This document shows positions 11,133-22,078 of a DNA stretch of 64,000 nucleotides, in pieces (positions within the stretch are counted from its first letter, which is position 1; each line of letters starts with the position of its first letter). The DNA comes from an uncultured Methanoregulaceae archaeon (GTDB taxonomy: Archaea; Halobacteriota; Methanomicrobia; Methanomicrobiales; Methanospirillaceae): positions 160,001 through 224,000 of the forward strand of contig OY970061.1 in assembly GCA_963705255.1 (NCBI GenBank). The letters are read 5' to 3'. The notes beneath the pieces were generated by a model. The model made no database searches, was not told where the DNA came from, and saw only the letters and a list, made by a program, of their open reading frames with translations. A program made the position numbers and the translations under genes.

Positions 11133-11741
11133 TTACGTCACATCGATCAGCTCAGCTTCGGTGATGTCGATGGAGTCGCCAAGACTGTCGGCGGTAGCGC
11201 TCCGGGTCATCTGCTCGGAGAGGTCCCGGTCCTCCATCACATCACGGATCCGGTCGATGTACTGGTCAATGGTCGGGTCTTCCTGCTCTTCGATCACGTG
11301 CCGGTACTCGCGGAGGGTCGAAGGGCTCACGCCGAGTTCTTCAGAAACCTCCTTCATGGTCTTACCGGACTCGATCAGCTCCTCCATCTTCACCTTGTCA
11401 AAGGGCATCCTGAAGTCGAGCTCCCGGAAGAGTTTGAGTCTCACGCGGGCCCGTGCGACCGTCTTGCTCAGCTTCTCGTCCCCCAGCTCGCGGGCAATTT
11501 CCGTGTCATTCTTTCCTGCATAGAATGACGTCACGAGCTTTGCGAGCTGGATCGGTTTCAAGGAGGTCTTGAAGATCCCCTGTTCCGTGATCTCTCTCAT
11601 AACGAGAGCGACCTCGCGTTCGATCGCGTCGCTGTCTCTCAGGGTTCCATGGATATTCTTCATGGGCTCGACGATCTTCGTCTTGCCTGACATGGTACTG
11701 AAGAGTTTCAGAAGATGTGCCTTGCGTTTGTCTTCGGTCAT
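11133..11741 (-). CDS. Helix-turn-helix domain protein
   Basis: Two HTH-like segments (DTEIARELG; MKEVSEELGVSPSTL). Confidence 0.65.
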   Translation of the reverse strand: MTEDKRKAHLLKLFSTMSGKTKIVEPMKNIHGTLRDSDAIEREVALVMREITEQGIFKTSLKPIQLAKLVTSFYAGKNDTEIARELGDEKLSKTVARARVRLKLFRELDFRMPFDKVKMEELIESGKTMKEVSEELGVSPSTLREYRHVIEEQEDPTIDQYIDRIRDVMEDRDLSEQMTRSATADSLGDSIDITEAELIDVT

Positions 11742-12014
11742 TGCATACCCCGTATTGGGATTAGGATATACAATACTTCGTCAACTATTTAATGCTATCT
11801 TTATGCGTTGTTTGACCAAAAGACCTTTAAATTGGTGTTTGCCATTCATACATCCGGGTAGGGTTCCGTGCGCAGATCGCCCGGTATTTCCGTGTTTTTG
11901 CCGCCCGCCTTATGGTCCCTTGTATGCACGGCCGGGTACAGAGAAGGAGTCTTGGTGGAGGGAGGAGAGTCTTTTTGTCGCCAGTCGTGCAACTCTATAA
12001 GAGACGAGTAATTC

Positions 12015-13746
12015 GTGATCACCATGAGCGATGTCTTTGAGAACGTGATGGAGCTTGCCAGACGCCGCGGGTTCATCTGGCCCACCTCGGAGTGCTACGG
12101 GGCGGTGGCCGGCTTCATCGACTACGGCCCCCTCGGTGCGATGATGAAACGGCGTATCGAGAATATCTGGCGGGATTTTTATGTCATCCGGGAGGGCTAT
12201 TACGAGATCGAGTGCCCGACCATTGCGCAGGAGGCAGTTTTTATCGCCTCCGGCCATGTGGCAGGGTTCGCCGACAAGATGTGCCAGTGCCCGCACTGCA
12301 GGGAATACCTCCGGGCGGACCATGTTGCCGAAGGCGGGGGGATACGGAACGCGTCCACGATGAAGAACGAGGAACTCTCCGCGGCACTCGCCACCTGCAG
12401 ATGTCTGGCCTGCGAAGAGGTGCTCGGCACGGTCGAGGTCTTCCAGTTCAACCTGATGTTCAGGACCATGATCGGCCCGGGCTCGCAGAGGACCGGCTAC
12501 CTGCGGCCCGAGACGGCCCAGGGGATGTTCGTCGATTTTACCCGGTTGCTCCGGTTCTATCGCGACAAACTCCCGTTCGGCGCTGTCCAGATCGGGAAGT
12601 CCTACCGCAACGAGATCTCGCCCCGGCAGGGCATGATCCGTCTCCGGGAGTTCACGCAGGCGGAAGCGGAGATCTTCGTCCACCCCGACGAGAAGGACCA
12701 CCACCCGTCGTTCCAGCGGTACGCAAACTACAGGATGCCGCTCCTCACCTCGGACCAGCAGCTCGCCTGCAAGGAGGCGGTCTCCCTCTCGATGCGGGAA
12801 GCCGTGGACAAGGGGGTGATCGCAAACGAGTACGTGGCGTATTACGTGGCCCTCACCCACGAGCTCGATGATCACGATCGGGATCAAACCGGAGCGGCTC
12901 CGCTTCCGGCAGCACCTGCCGGACGAGCTCGCCCATTACGCGAACGACTGCTGGGACGCAGAAATCTTCTCACCGAGGTTCGGCTGGGTCGAGACGGTCG
13001 GGATCGCGGACCGCACCGATTACGACCTGAACGCCCACGCGAAGCAGAGCGGAACCCCGATGACGGTCTTCATCCAGTATAAGGAGCCCCGGAAAGTCCC
13101 CCGGCGGCGGATCATCCCCAACATGGGGGTGCTCGGGAAGCAGTACCGCACCAAGGCGAAGGCGATCTTTGCCGCCCTCGCGACGGCAACCCCCGACAGC
13201 TCGGGAGCCGACGTGGTCGTGGACGGGGAGAAGATCCACATACCGCCCGACCTGTTCGAGGTCCGGGACGAGATCGTAGAAGTCCGTGGTGAAGATATCG
13301 TCCCGCACGTGATCGAACCCTCGTACGGGATCGACCGGATGTGCTACGCAGTCCTCGAGCAGGCCTATGACGAGGACACCGCGGATGGCGAGAAACGGAT
13401 CGTGATGCGGTTCTCGCCGAACGTCGCGCCTGTCCAGGTCGCTGTTTTCCCCCTTATGTCCCGCGACGGTCTCGACACGATTGCCCAGGAGATCGCGGGG
13501 AAACTCCAGAAGAAGGGGATCCTTGCGGAATACGACGACAGTGGTGCGATCGGGCGGCGTTACCGGCGGCAGGACGAGATCGGGACACCCTTCGCGATTA
13601 CCGTCGATTACGATACGAAGGAGAACAACACCGTCACACTCCGGGACCGGGACAGCATGAGACAGGTCCGGGTTTTTATCAATAAGCTGCCGGAGGTCGT
13701 CGGGTCGCTTGTTGAGGGGAACCTGACGTTTGGGGAGATAGAGTGA
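12015..13746 (+). CDS. glyS: Glycine--tRNA ligase, archaeal/eukaryal type (frameshift near 12868)
   Basis: DYGPLG, FNLMF, LRPETAQG, GKSYRNEISPRQG, VIEPSYGIDR, IGRRYRRQDEIGTP. Confidence 0.97.
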
Positions 13747-13890
13747 ACATAGTAAAATTTTAAAAAATGTTATCGCCACTGAGCAATTCTTTTAGGAGAG
13801 AAGGAGAAGTTTTTCAGTTTCATCTGTTTTGTAGCGTGAAAATTTTCCTTATCGTCTGATTTATAACCCGGCATTGATGATACAATAATT

Positions 13891-14274
13891 ATGAGCGTTC
13901 CGACGGTTACGGCAACACCGATCAAGGATTTTATCCAGTCTGCGATCATGCAGATCAAAGAATCACTCCCTAACGATGCAAGGATCGATGGAATCATCAA
14001 TATGAAAATAACTACCATCGTTCAAAGAGGAAAAGGTGGAGGGATCGATCTAAAAGTTTTGGAATGGGGCGCCGATGCCTCGACAAGTCAAACTCAAGAA
14101 CTTATCATACCGATCAGAATTCTCACCGACACCGGACTTACGCTTGAAAAAGCTATGAAAGCTGAATTTGAATCACGAATAGCGAAAGCAGAGACGGAGA
14201 GGAAGTTGGAGGAGCTAAAATCTTCGAACATTGGAAAACCATCTGTCCGTGTAAGCTCCACATCGTCTCGTTAG
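13891..14274 (+). CDS. Hypothetical protein, Trypco2-like, with coiled-coil tail
   Basis: IKDFIQSAIMQI..KITTIVQRGKGGGIDLKV..GADASTSQTQELII resembles the trypsin-co-occurring domain 2 pattern; AT-rich. Confidence 0.5.
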   Translation: MSVPTVTATPIKDFIQSAIMQIKESLPNDARIDGIINMKITTIVQRGKGGGIDLKVLEWGADASTSQTQELIIPIRILTDTGLTLEKAMKAEFESRIAKAETERKLEELKSSNIGKPSVRVSSTSSR

Positions 14275-14354
14275 CGAATTAACGTTTTTTTCCAATATTT
14301 TGCAACCTGAAACTTTCTGAGAATAAGATGGGGGCTGATGCCCCCATACCCCCC

Positions 14355-14479
14355 TTTGCGATGGACGCCGCCGCCCCGAAGGCCGCCCCGCGGCGGCCTC
14401 ACTTGCCTACAAATCCCCAACCCGTTAATCTGCCCCGCCGTGCCCCGTGAGGGGCCCTGAGGCGGGGAGCCCTCGCAAA
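14355..14479 (+). repeat. Dispersed palindromic element, copy B (minimal form, MITE-like ends tttgcga/tcgcaaa)
   Basis: Inverted ends plus two internal stems (ccgccgc..gcggcgg; ccccgcc..gcccc-gtga-ggggc..ggcgggg). Confidence 0.85.
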
Positions 14480-14641
14480 TCTCAGACATTTTCCCCTGGT
14501 CAGGCACAAAGATATTGTTTAAATTCCCAATTCCAATGCCAATTCTTCAAAATCGCGGGATCTCACGTTTTTCCGTTTACCCTTCTTGATCTGGTCCATA
14601 AGATCCCTATCGGACAAGACCTCTACGGGACTGAAGGAGAA

Positions 14642-14849
14642 TTAAAAATCATCTTCGGTCAATCCGGCAATGGTAATACAACGGTGAACAATGCCAGGTT
14701 TTAGTTCATTGTGCTGCGGGATTGACAGTTCATCGAAAACATCATCTTTCTGCATGATGACATGGCTCCCAGTCTGACGGACAGCAGTCCAGACCCTTTC
14801 GGTGAAGGACTTTGACCATTTCCTTTCCGGAGAGAACGGGGAGCTTCAT
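14642..14849 (-). CDS. hicA: HicA family toxin (frameshift near 14790; not in ORF track)
   Basis: MKLPVLSGKEMVKVLHRKG then, shifted, WTAVRQTGSHVIMQKD..LSIPQHNELKPG; ATGA overlap with hicB stop. Confidence 0.85.
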
Positions 14850-15058
14850 GACTCGACAAGGATCTCCCGGAGATTCGGAAGTGACTTGGCGTGACGGGCG
14901 TTGTGGACTTCAAGGTATACTGGAAGAACTTCCCGGATATTTTTCAGCGCCTCCTCCTCAGTCTCTCCCTGGGACATGCATCCCGGGAGACCGGGTACGA
15001 AGACTGAGAAACCACCGCCTTCTTCTGGTACCAACTGAACCTTGATCTTCATTATCAT
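14846..15058 (-). CDS. hicB: HicB family antitoxin
   Basis: EEGGGFSVFVPGLPGCMSQGETEEEALKNIRE. Confidence 0.92.
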   Translation of the reverse strand: MIMKIKVQLVPEEGGGFSVFVPGLPGCMSQGETEEEALKNIREVLPVYLEVHNARHAKSLPNLREILVES

Positions 15059-15120
15059 GTTCTTCTACCTCCGGCATTATCTTGTTTTTGGATGTTCTTA
15101 TTCAAAGCACATATCGTACT

Positions 15121-15411
15121 TGCCCCGCCGTGCCTCGAAGTCCTTACGACCTTCTCACATCTCGTCCCTTTGGGACTCAATAACTCGAAAAACCCGCTGG
15201 TTCTTCGAAGAACTCTGTTCTTCTCATCTCTCGAGTCTGATGACTTTCGAGATTCTCCCGTCTCATCCCTCCGGGATTCGAAGAGTCGAAGAACCTTAAC
15301 GGTTCTTCTTGATTTCGTGGTTCTGATGAATCACTCATAAGTCGAAGTTGCACTTCTCCACAGCCCTGCGGGCTGTCCTCGGAGCGGCCCTGAGGCGGGG
15401 GACCCTCACAA
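15121..15411 (+). repeat. Dispersed palindromic element, copy C (right arm with about 10 hairpin modules)
   Basis: tgccccgccgtgcctc-[tandem hairpins]-ctcggagcggccctgaggcgggg. Confidence 0.85.
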
Positions 15412-16400
15412 TCAAAATGAAATAGCTATGATACTATTTTCAAAAATTCTGAACCTTTCCGGATTTTCCGGAATTTTACAATTCTGTTCAGCATTTCGAT
15501 AAAAAAAATTTTCAGAATAACTAAAAAAATTCCCGAAAAAATTTCCGGATCCTCCCGGGATTTTTAAAAAAAATATTTTTCCGGAATTTTTTGGATTCAA
15601 AAAAAAATTCCAAAACTTTTCACAGTAACTTTTTCTGAAAAATATTTGCTCGTAAAAAAAAGTTTCCGTTCGTTCCGAAAAATTTCCAAAACATGGAAAA
15701 TTTCACCGAAACGGCTGGGGAATAATCCGCTAATCTCTGAGGAGATCCCCGGCTCCCCCATCCATGCCTAAAACCATACCTTTTCTCAATGTGGTAACCA
15801 AAATACGCCTTTATCATCGTTATTTCGCCAAAATATCCGTAAATACCCCCGACTTTATTAACGGGCCTTAGAGGCCTTTTCTTTGGCAGATCTCATGAGA
15901 AACATACCATAGAAGGCATCAAATGAAAACTCACCCATCTATGGGGGTCGATTTCATTTGCAATTTACCGTTATTTTTACAATCGGAGTTATTATAGAAG
16001 ACTTTATTGAAAGCGCAAATCCGGGCATTTTACGGGCTTTTCCGACATCGGCTTCCGGGAAACAGAACCCGTAAATGGCCCGGATTCGGCGCGGAAGGGG
16101 CTTGGAGAGATGAGCCTCCAAGGATCTGATTTTGGGGAATAATGGTGGGTAAATTGACGGTGGGGAATGGTATACCATTTCGATAGTACCATGCTGCAGT
16201 AAATGAATACCGGACTGTTCCGTCCCGGACTTTCTAAAATTTTCAAATTTGAAAATTTTTTTAAATTTTTCCGGATCCTTCCGGAATTTTTTGAAAAATA
16301 TTTTTCCGGAATTTTTTTTAATTTGTACGGTGCCGGGGCCAAGCCCATCCAAAAAAATTTCCGGCCCGACCCGGCTTCGCAAATCGGATCCCTCCCCCAC
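15412..16400. other. Gene-free region with phased A/T tracts alternating with CCGG words; contains a ~45-bp imperfect direct repeat
   Basis: atttccggatcctcccgggatttttaaaaaaaatatttttccggaattttt (~15541) versus ttttccggatccttccggaattttttgaaaaatatttttccggaattttt (~16267). Confidence 0.7.
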
Positions 16401-16444
16401 CCTTCCCTATATTACCCTCCGCAACCAAACCTCTCACCAGCCAT

Positions 16445-18684
16445 ATGACCTTCATCAGTCACCCCCTCGTAAAGCCGGACAGCATTGAATCGCGGGAGTA
16501 CCAGCTCTCGGTCGCGATGCGTGCTTTGGACGGCAACACGATGGTGATCCTGCCGACGGGCCTCGGCAAGACAGCCGTGGCGCTGCTCGTCGCCGCCTCC
16601 CGGCTCTATAACGAGGGGGGAAAAGTACTGATGCTTGCCCCGACGAAGCCGCTCGTCGAGCAGCACCTCCGCTATTTCGAACGCTACCTGCTCGCAAAAA
16701 CTTCTCCCGGCTCGGATGCCTCTCCCTTCGTCATGTTCACCGGCGAATCCCCGCCGGATGAACGGACTGCTGACTGGAACCGGGCGACTGTAATCCTTGC
16801 AACCCCGCAGGTTATCAAGAATGATGTCATCGGGGGACGGTACTCGTTAAAAGATGTCTCGCTCCTTGTCGTGGACGAATGCCACCGTGCGGTGGGGAAC
16901 TATGCCTACGTCTTCCTGGCCCAGCGCTACCTGGCTACTGCTGACAAGCCGCTCCTCCTCGCCATGACCGCTTCGCCGGGAGGGGCACCGGAAAAGATGC
17001 AGGAAGTCTGTGCCAACCTCGGGATCACCCGGATCGAGTCCCGGACTGAGAACGATCCCGATGTCCGCCCGTACGTCTTCGAGCGGGACCTCGAGTATAT
17101 CATGATTGAGCTGCCCCTGAGCTCAGGTCGGCTATCGATGTCATCAACGCACTCATCGAGAACCGGCTTGCCCTTCTTGCATCCCTGCACTTCACCGTGC
17201 CGAAACGCGACCGGCTCACGATGAAGGCGCTCAACGCGATCAACGCCCAGATCCAGCAGCGGATCGCGAACCGCGATCCTGCCGCGTATTCCGCGGCCTC
17301 GGTCTACGCGGAGTGCATGAAGCTCAAGCATGCCGTCACCCTTGCGGAATCGCAGGGGAGCGAGGTGCTCAAAGGCTACCTTGCAAAACTCATCGCAGAA
17401 GGAACGGGCGCCGGTGGCAGCAAGGCAAGCCAGCGTCTGGCACAGGACGTGTCGTTCCGCGAGCTCTTTATAGGCTCCACTGGCTGGACAACGGAGCTGC
17501 ACCCGAAGCCGGGGATCGCGCTCGGGTTTGTGAAGGAGCAGCTGGAAACGCACCCGGACAGCAGGATCATCATCTTCGCAACCTACCGGGATACGGTCCA
17601 GCTCCTCGTGGATTTCCTCGCAAAACACGGGATTGCGAGCGAGCGGTTCGTCGGCCAGGCCACGAAGGATGCGGAGAAGGGGCTCAGCCAGAAGAAGCAG
17701 ATCGCGGCGCTGGACCGGTTTCGCAGGGGTGAGTTCAGGGTTTTGATTGCAACGTCGGTCGGGGAGGAAGGGCTTGATGTCCCGTCCACGGACCTGGTGA
17801 TCTTCTACGAGGCGGTGCCCTCGGAGATACGGTCCATCCAGCGCAAAGGCCGGACCGGCAGGTCGGGGGCCGGGAGAGTGGTTGTGCTGGTGACAAAAGG
17901 GACCTCGGACGAGGTGTTCCGCCACGTCAGCCAGGCCAAGGAGAAGATGATGCACAAGAGCATGCGCACGATGGGAAGCATGACATCGGCACCGCCAGTG
18001 CCCGTCACCGTTGAACAGTCGAGCATCGACGAATTTACCCCCGCGGACCAGCGGATGATCATTATCGATGACCGCGAGACGTCCTCCAAAGTCGTGGAAG
18101 TACTCTCGAACCTCGGGGCGTCGATCCGTGTCGAGCGGCTGGCGCACGGGGACTATGCCATCGGGGACCGGATCCTCGTCGAGCGCAAGACCGCCCGGGA
18201 CTTTGTCGACACGCTCATCAACCGCGACCTCCTCGGGCAGGTCAAAGAGATGGCCGAGGCAGTCACGCGCCCGGTGCTGATCATCGAGGGCGGGGACCTC
18301 TACACCCAGCGGGACGTCCACCCGAATGCGATTCGGGGCGTGCTTGCCGCACTCACCGTGGATATGGGGGTATCGTTGCTCTTTACCCGGGACGAGCAGG
18401 ACACCGCCCAGATGCTCTTCGTGCTCGCGAAGCGCGAGGAGGGCGAGCGGGGGGAGCGCAAGGTCCACCCGCACAAGTCGCACCGCTCCCTGAAGGAGGA
18501 GCAGGAGTATATCGTCTCCTCGTTCCCGGAAATTGGTCTTAGAAATGCCCGGCTATTGCTGGCGCATTTCGGTTCGATTCAGGGGATTGTGAATGCTTCC
18601 CTGGAGGAGCTGGTTGCGGTGCGGGGGATCGGGGAGAAGACGGCGGGGAAGGTGTACCAGCTGTGCCGGAGGGGGTATAATTGA
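16445..18684 (+). CDS. hef: Hef helicase/ERCC4 nuclease (FANCM homologue; frameshift near 17120)
   Basis: LPTGLGKT, DECH, MTASPG, QRKGRTGR, then GDY..VERK ERCC4 motif and HhH GIGEKTA. Confidence 0.95.
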
Positions 18685-18834
18685 ACTCGCTTTTTAGCTC
18701 TTCAGTAAGGCTCAAAAAACTTTGAGGTTCTTTGGGATCCGGCACATCATGCCTCCACTCCCACCACAATTTCATCGGCTGTCATGGGTTTTCTACAGAT
18801 CCAATATGACAAGAGGAGTACACTTTTCCAGAGA

Positions 18835-18993
18835 TCGCGATGAACGCCGCCGCCCCCGGCGGGGCGCCCCCGTGGCGGATCAATTACTTAGAAGAAAAAT
18901 GGTAACCCGCCCCGCCGTGTTCGAAGTTCCTGCGAACTTCTCGACCTCCTTCGTCGGTCCTCGGAGAGGCCCTGAGGCGGGGGATCCTCGTAA
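18835..18993 (+). repeat. Dispersed palindromic element, copy D (two hairpin modules)
   Basis: tcgcgatgaacgccgccgc..gcccccgtggcgg..gccccgccgtg..ctcggagaggccctgaggcgggg. Confidence 0.85.
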
Positions 18994-19343
18994 ATGAAAT
19001 TATAATCCAGTCGCGTTCAGATGCGTGCATTGTGCGAAACCCGGATTCCATTTATGCGTGAGTTATTGCATTCGCAATTGATCTCCATCAAAAAATTTTC
19101 AATCCCCCCTCACCTCCTCTTCAAATTTTTTCAGGCGTCTCTTGATATCTGGACTTAAATCCCACGCCGGACAAAAAAAATGTGTCAGTTGTACATCTTT
19201 TTGTAGGATAATTATCCGATATCGGCCCACTAACTAACACCCCGCGATCGCGCCTGAAAAATTTTAATCGGGCTTAGGCCACGAAAAACCGGATCACATG
19301 TATCCGGTTTAACGATAGCAAAACAGAAAAAATAATTAAATCC

Positions 19344-19760
19344 TTACAACCGGCACAGGATCTCGAGCGCCTCGGTCCCGGCCTTCACCGCATTCATCAG
19401 GGTGAGGACATGGCCGGCGTCCTTCTCGTTCTGGATCCGTTCGCAGAGGGCATGGATCGTCATCGCGAGCTCGTCGGCAAGCACGCCCCCCTCCCCTTCG
19501 CAGGTACACGCATCCCCCTCATGGTCCGTGCCGCACGTGCATTCCTGCCGGGGTTCGGCGGGAGGCACCTGCGCCGCAGCAGGAGGAGCCGGTTTTTGTG
19601 CAGCCTTTGCCGCCGCTTCGTTCTCTGCGCAGACGACGCAGAACGTCTTTCCCTTGACTTCAAAGAGCGGGCAGCCGCAGGTCTTGCAGGACTTTTCGAG
19701 CATCTTGCCTCCCTTGAGGAGGTACTCAGCCATGATCTCGTCTTCTTTTCGTGCGGGCAT
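19344..19760 (-). CDS. UPF0148 / Sjogren autoantigen p27 zinc-ribbon protein
   Basis: [29 protein letters not shown]. Confidence 0.9.
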   Translation of the reverse strand: MPARKEDEIMAEYLLKGGKMLEKSCKTCGCPLFEVKGKTFCVVCAENEAAAKAAQKPAPPAAAQVPPAEPRQECTCGTDHEGDACTCEGEGGVLADELAMTIHALCERIQNEKDAGHVLTLMNAVKAGTEALEILCRL

Positions 19761-19839
19761 GGTATCACCGTCTTGTCAATATTTAAACTATATATGTCGG
19801 TTCCGCATATTAACTACAGGTACACAGACAGGTGATACC

Positions 19840-20103
19840 ATGCCAAACCCTGAAAAAACCATGGAAAACTGTATCCTGATGCTGCAGCACATCCAGGAGG
19901 ACAGTTCGATCCCCCGTAATATCCGGCGCGTGGCTGACGAGACCCGGACGCTGCTCACGAACAATTCCAAGGCCATGGGGCTGCGCGCCGCGGAAGCCAT
20001 CTCAAAGATCGATGAAATTTCCAATGATCCCAATATGCCCATCCATGCGCGGACCCGGATCTGGGAGCTCGTATCGCAGCTGGAGACGATCCCGCTGGAC
20101 TGA
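19840..20103 (+). CDS. UPF0147 family protein
   Basis: [28 protein letters not shown]; GGTGA ribosome-binding site before ATG. Confidence 0.92.
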   Translation: MPNPEKTMENCILMLQHIQEDSSIPRNIRRVADETRTLLTNNSKAMGLRAAEAISKIDEISNDPNMPIHARTRIWELVSQLETIPLD

Positions 20104-20199
20104 TACATCCAGGCTGAACTTTCTTATTTTATCGTGGACCGGGGCATTTTTACCGGGCGAACGCCATCGTTATCCCGATGCGATGGCACCCCCGCCTTT

Positions 20200-20868
20200 T
20201 CAGCCCTCCTCGCTCTGCTTTGCCGGGCAGAAGTTGCAGATGGAGTAAAACACCTCTTTTTCCTTGTCCCGAATCAGGCAGTAGTAGTCTTTTCCCCGCT
20301 GTTCGACCCTGAACCCGCCGGGGAACGGCATCCCTGCGGGGTGGCCGGGTTCGTCGAGGACAAACAGGGTAAATGCCGATATCAGGTAATAGAAGAGCCG
20401 GTTCTTCGGGTTCCGGAAAAATGGGTTGCGCTCGCCTGCGTCGTCCCAGGAAAAAACACCCTCGGGAAGCATCCCGCAGAACTTCCCGAAGATCTCTCGG
20501 TCACGGAGGGGGGAGTCCAGCTTCTTGAAAGCGCCGCTGCGGTGCATGGCGAGGAGGAGGTGATGCTTCCCGAAGAGCTGCTCGCGGAAATACGGCCGGA
20601 TTGCCTCGCGGTACGGGGAGGGAAGTTTCTGGATCTCGATGTTCAGCCTGCCCCCGATGATCTGGAGGTCAAACAGGGAATACCGGGACAATTCGCGGGC
20701 AAGTATCGTGCCGAGGTCGCCTTTCGAGCGGGCTCCCGCGATCCGGTCGGCAACCGAACAGATCTCCCGGTAGACCCCGTCGTCCCGGTCAGCCGGACCG
20801 GATGCTGCTCTGCTGGCTTCCATGCACAATCCCGAACCCTGGTTGTAGTGTTGTTCTTTCCTATCCAA
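20200..20868 (-). CDS. DUF2115 (UPF0305) family protein
   Basis: YSLFDLQ, LPSPYR, EPGHPAGMPFPGG, YYCLIRDKE, ICNFCPAKQ. Confidence 0.85.
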   Translation of the reverse strand: MDRKEQHYNQGSGLCMEASRAASGPADRDDGVYREICSVADRIAGARSKGDLGTILARELSRYSLFDLQIIGGRLNIEIQKLPSPYREAIRPYFREQLFGKHHLLLAMHRSGAFKKLDSPLRDREIFGKFCGMLPEGVFSWDDAGERNPFFRNPKNRLFYYLISAFTLFVLDEPGHPAGMPFPGGFRVEQRGKDYYCLIRDKEKEVFYSICNFCPAKQSEEG

Positions 20869-21019
20869 AAATGTCGCTGTGCCATTTCAACCGTTGCGGT
20901 CCGTCCGGCAGAATGGAAAATTGCGAAGCAGCGGGTTTTTGCTGGCAGATATCCTGTCCTGGCAGCCTTTTTTGCCTTGATATATTTATACATCAAAGAA
21001 TACCATATGATCCTGACTC

Positions 21020-21955
21020 ATGGACATCATTTCCATCATCCTGATCATCGCCGGCCTCTGCCTGTTCGAGACCATAACAAGCATTGACAATGCCATCATC
21101 AATGCCGAAGTGCTCTCGACGATGAGTGAGCGGGCGAAGCGCTGGTTCCTTACCTGGGGGCTGTTGTTTGCGGTTTTTGCGATCCGCGGCCTGCTGCCCT
21201 GGCTGATCGTCTGGCTGTCCAACCCCGCACTCGGCCCGGTCGGGTCATTTACCGCCACATTCTCGAGCGACCCGCGGGTACTCTCCGCGATCGAGCAGTC
21301 CGCCCCGGTTCTCCAGATAGGCGGCGGGACATTTCTCCTCTTTCTCTTCCTGCACTGGCTCTTCCTGGAGGACAAGAACTTCGGCCTTCGCGGGGAGCGC
21401 TTTTTTGCCAGGAACGGGGTCTGGTTCTTCGCCCTCGTCTCGGTCGTCCTCGCGGGCCTTGTCTGGTTCTCGCTCGGGATCAACACCATGGTCGCCTTTG
21501 GTGCCGTGATCGGATCGACAGCATTTTTTATTGTCCACGGGTTCCGGCAGAACGCTGAACATGCAGAGGAAAAGATGCTCCGGACCGATATGACCGATAT
21601 CAGCAAGGTCTTTTACCTTGAGGTCATCGATGCCACGTTCTCCATTGACGGCGTGGTGGGGGCGTTTGCGTTTACCATGGCAGTCCCCCTGATCCTCATC
21701 GGGAACGGCCTTGGTGCACTTGTCGTGCGGGAACTCACCCTTCGCAACGTGGATACCATCCGGAAATATCTGTATCTCAAAAACGGGGCCATGTATTCGA
21801 TCTTCTTCCTCGGGATCATCATGATCCTGGACAGTTCCGGGATGCACATCCCGTTCTGGGTCTCCCCGCTCATCACGTTCGGGGTGGTCGGGTACTTCCT
21901 CGTGAAATCCTTAAAGGAGATCCCGAAAGTCCCGCGGTCCAAGAGAAACGCCTGA
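21020..21955 (+). CDS. DUF475 / TerC-like membrane protein
   Basis: SIDNAIINA, YLEVIDATFSIDGVVGAFA, YLKNGAMYSI. Confidence 0.9.
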   Translation: MDIISIILIIAGLCLFETITSIDNAIINAEVLSTMSERAKRWFLTWGLLFAVFAIRGLLPWLIVWLSNPALGPVGSFTATFSSDPRVLSAIEQSAPVLQIGGGTFLLFLFLHWLFLEDKNFGLRGERFFARNGVWFFALVSVVLAGLVWFSLGINTMVAFGAVIGSTAFFIVHGFRQNAEHAEEKMLRTDMTDISKVFYLEVIDATFSIDGVVGAFAFTMAVPLILIGNGLGALVVRELTLRNVDTIRKYLYLKNGAMYSIFFLGIIMILDSSGMHIPFWVSPLITFGVVGYFLVKSLKEIPKVPRSKRNA

Positions 21956-22078
21956 CGGCATTTCTCCGCGAACCTTTCTTCCGATCCCCCTTCCCGGCAA
22001 TGCATCCGCCGTTTTATGCGCCGGGTCCCTGCTGTACTTTGCCTGTACGGGGACTCCGGGACTCTCCTTTCGGATCTC

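Noticed and set aside
15412-16400. Firm call as oriC
   Set aside because: No ORB consensus and no adjacent orc1/cdc6; kept only as an unexplained structural region
15412-16488. Short K/F/N-rich ORFs in the ORF track
   Set aside because: Low-complexity translations of A/T tracts on both strands with no protein-like motifs
16927-18483. Long antisense ORFs (e.g. 518 aa opposite hef, 558 aa opposite polB2, 519 aa opposite the kinase)
   Set aside because: Shadow ORFs expected from high-GC codon usage of well-supported genes on the other strand
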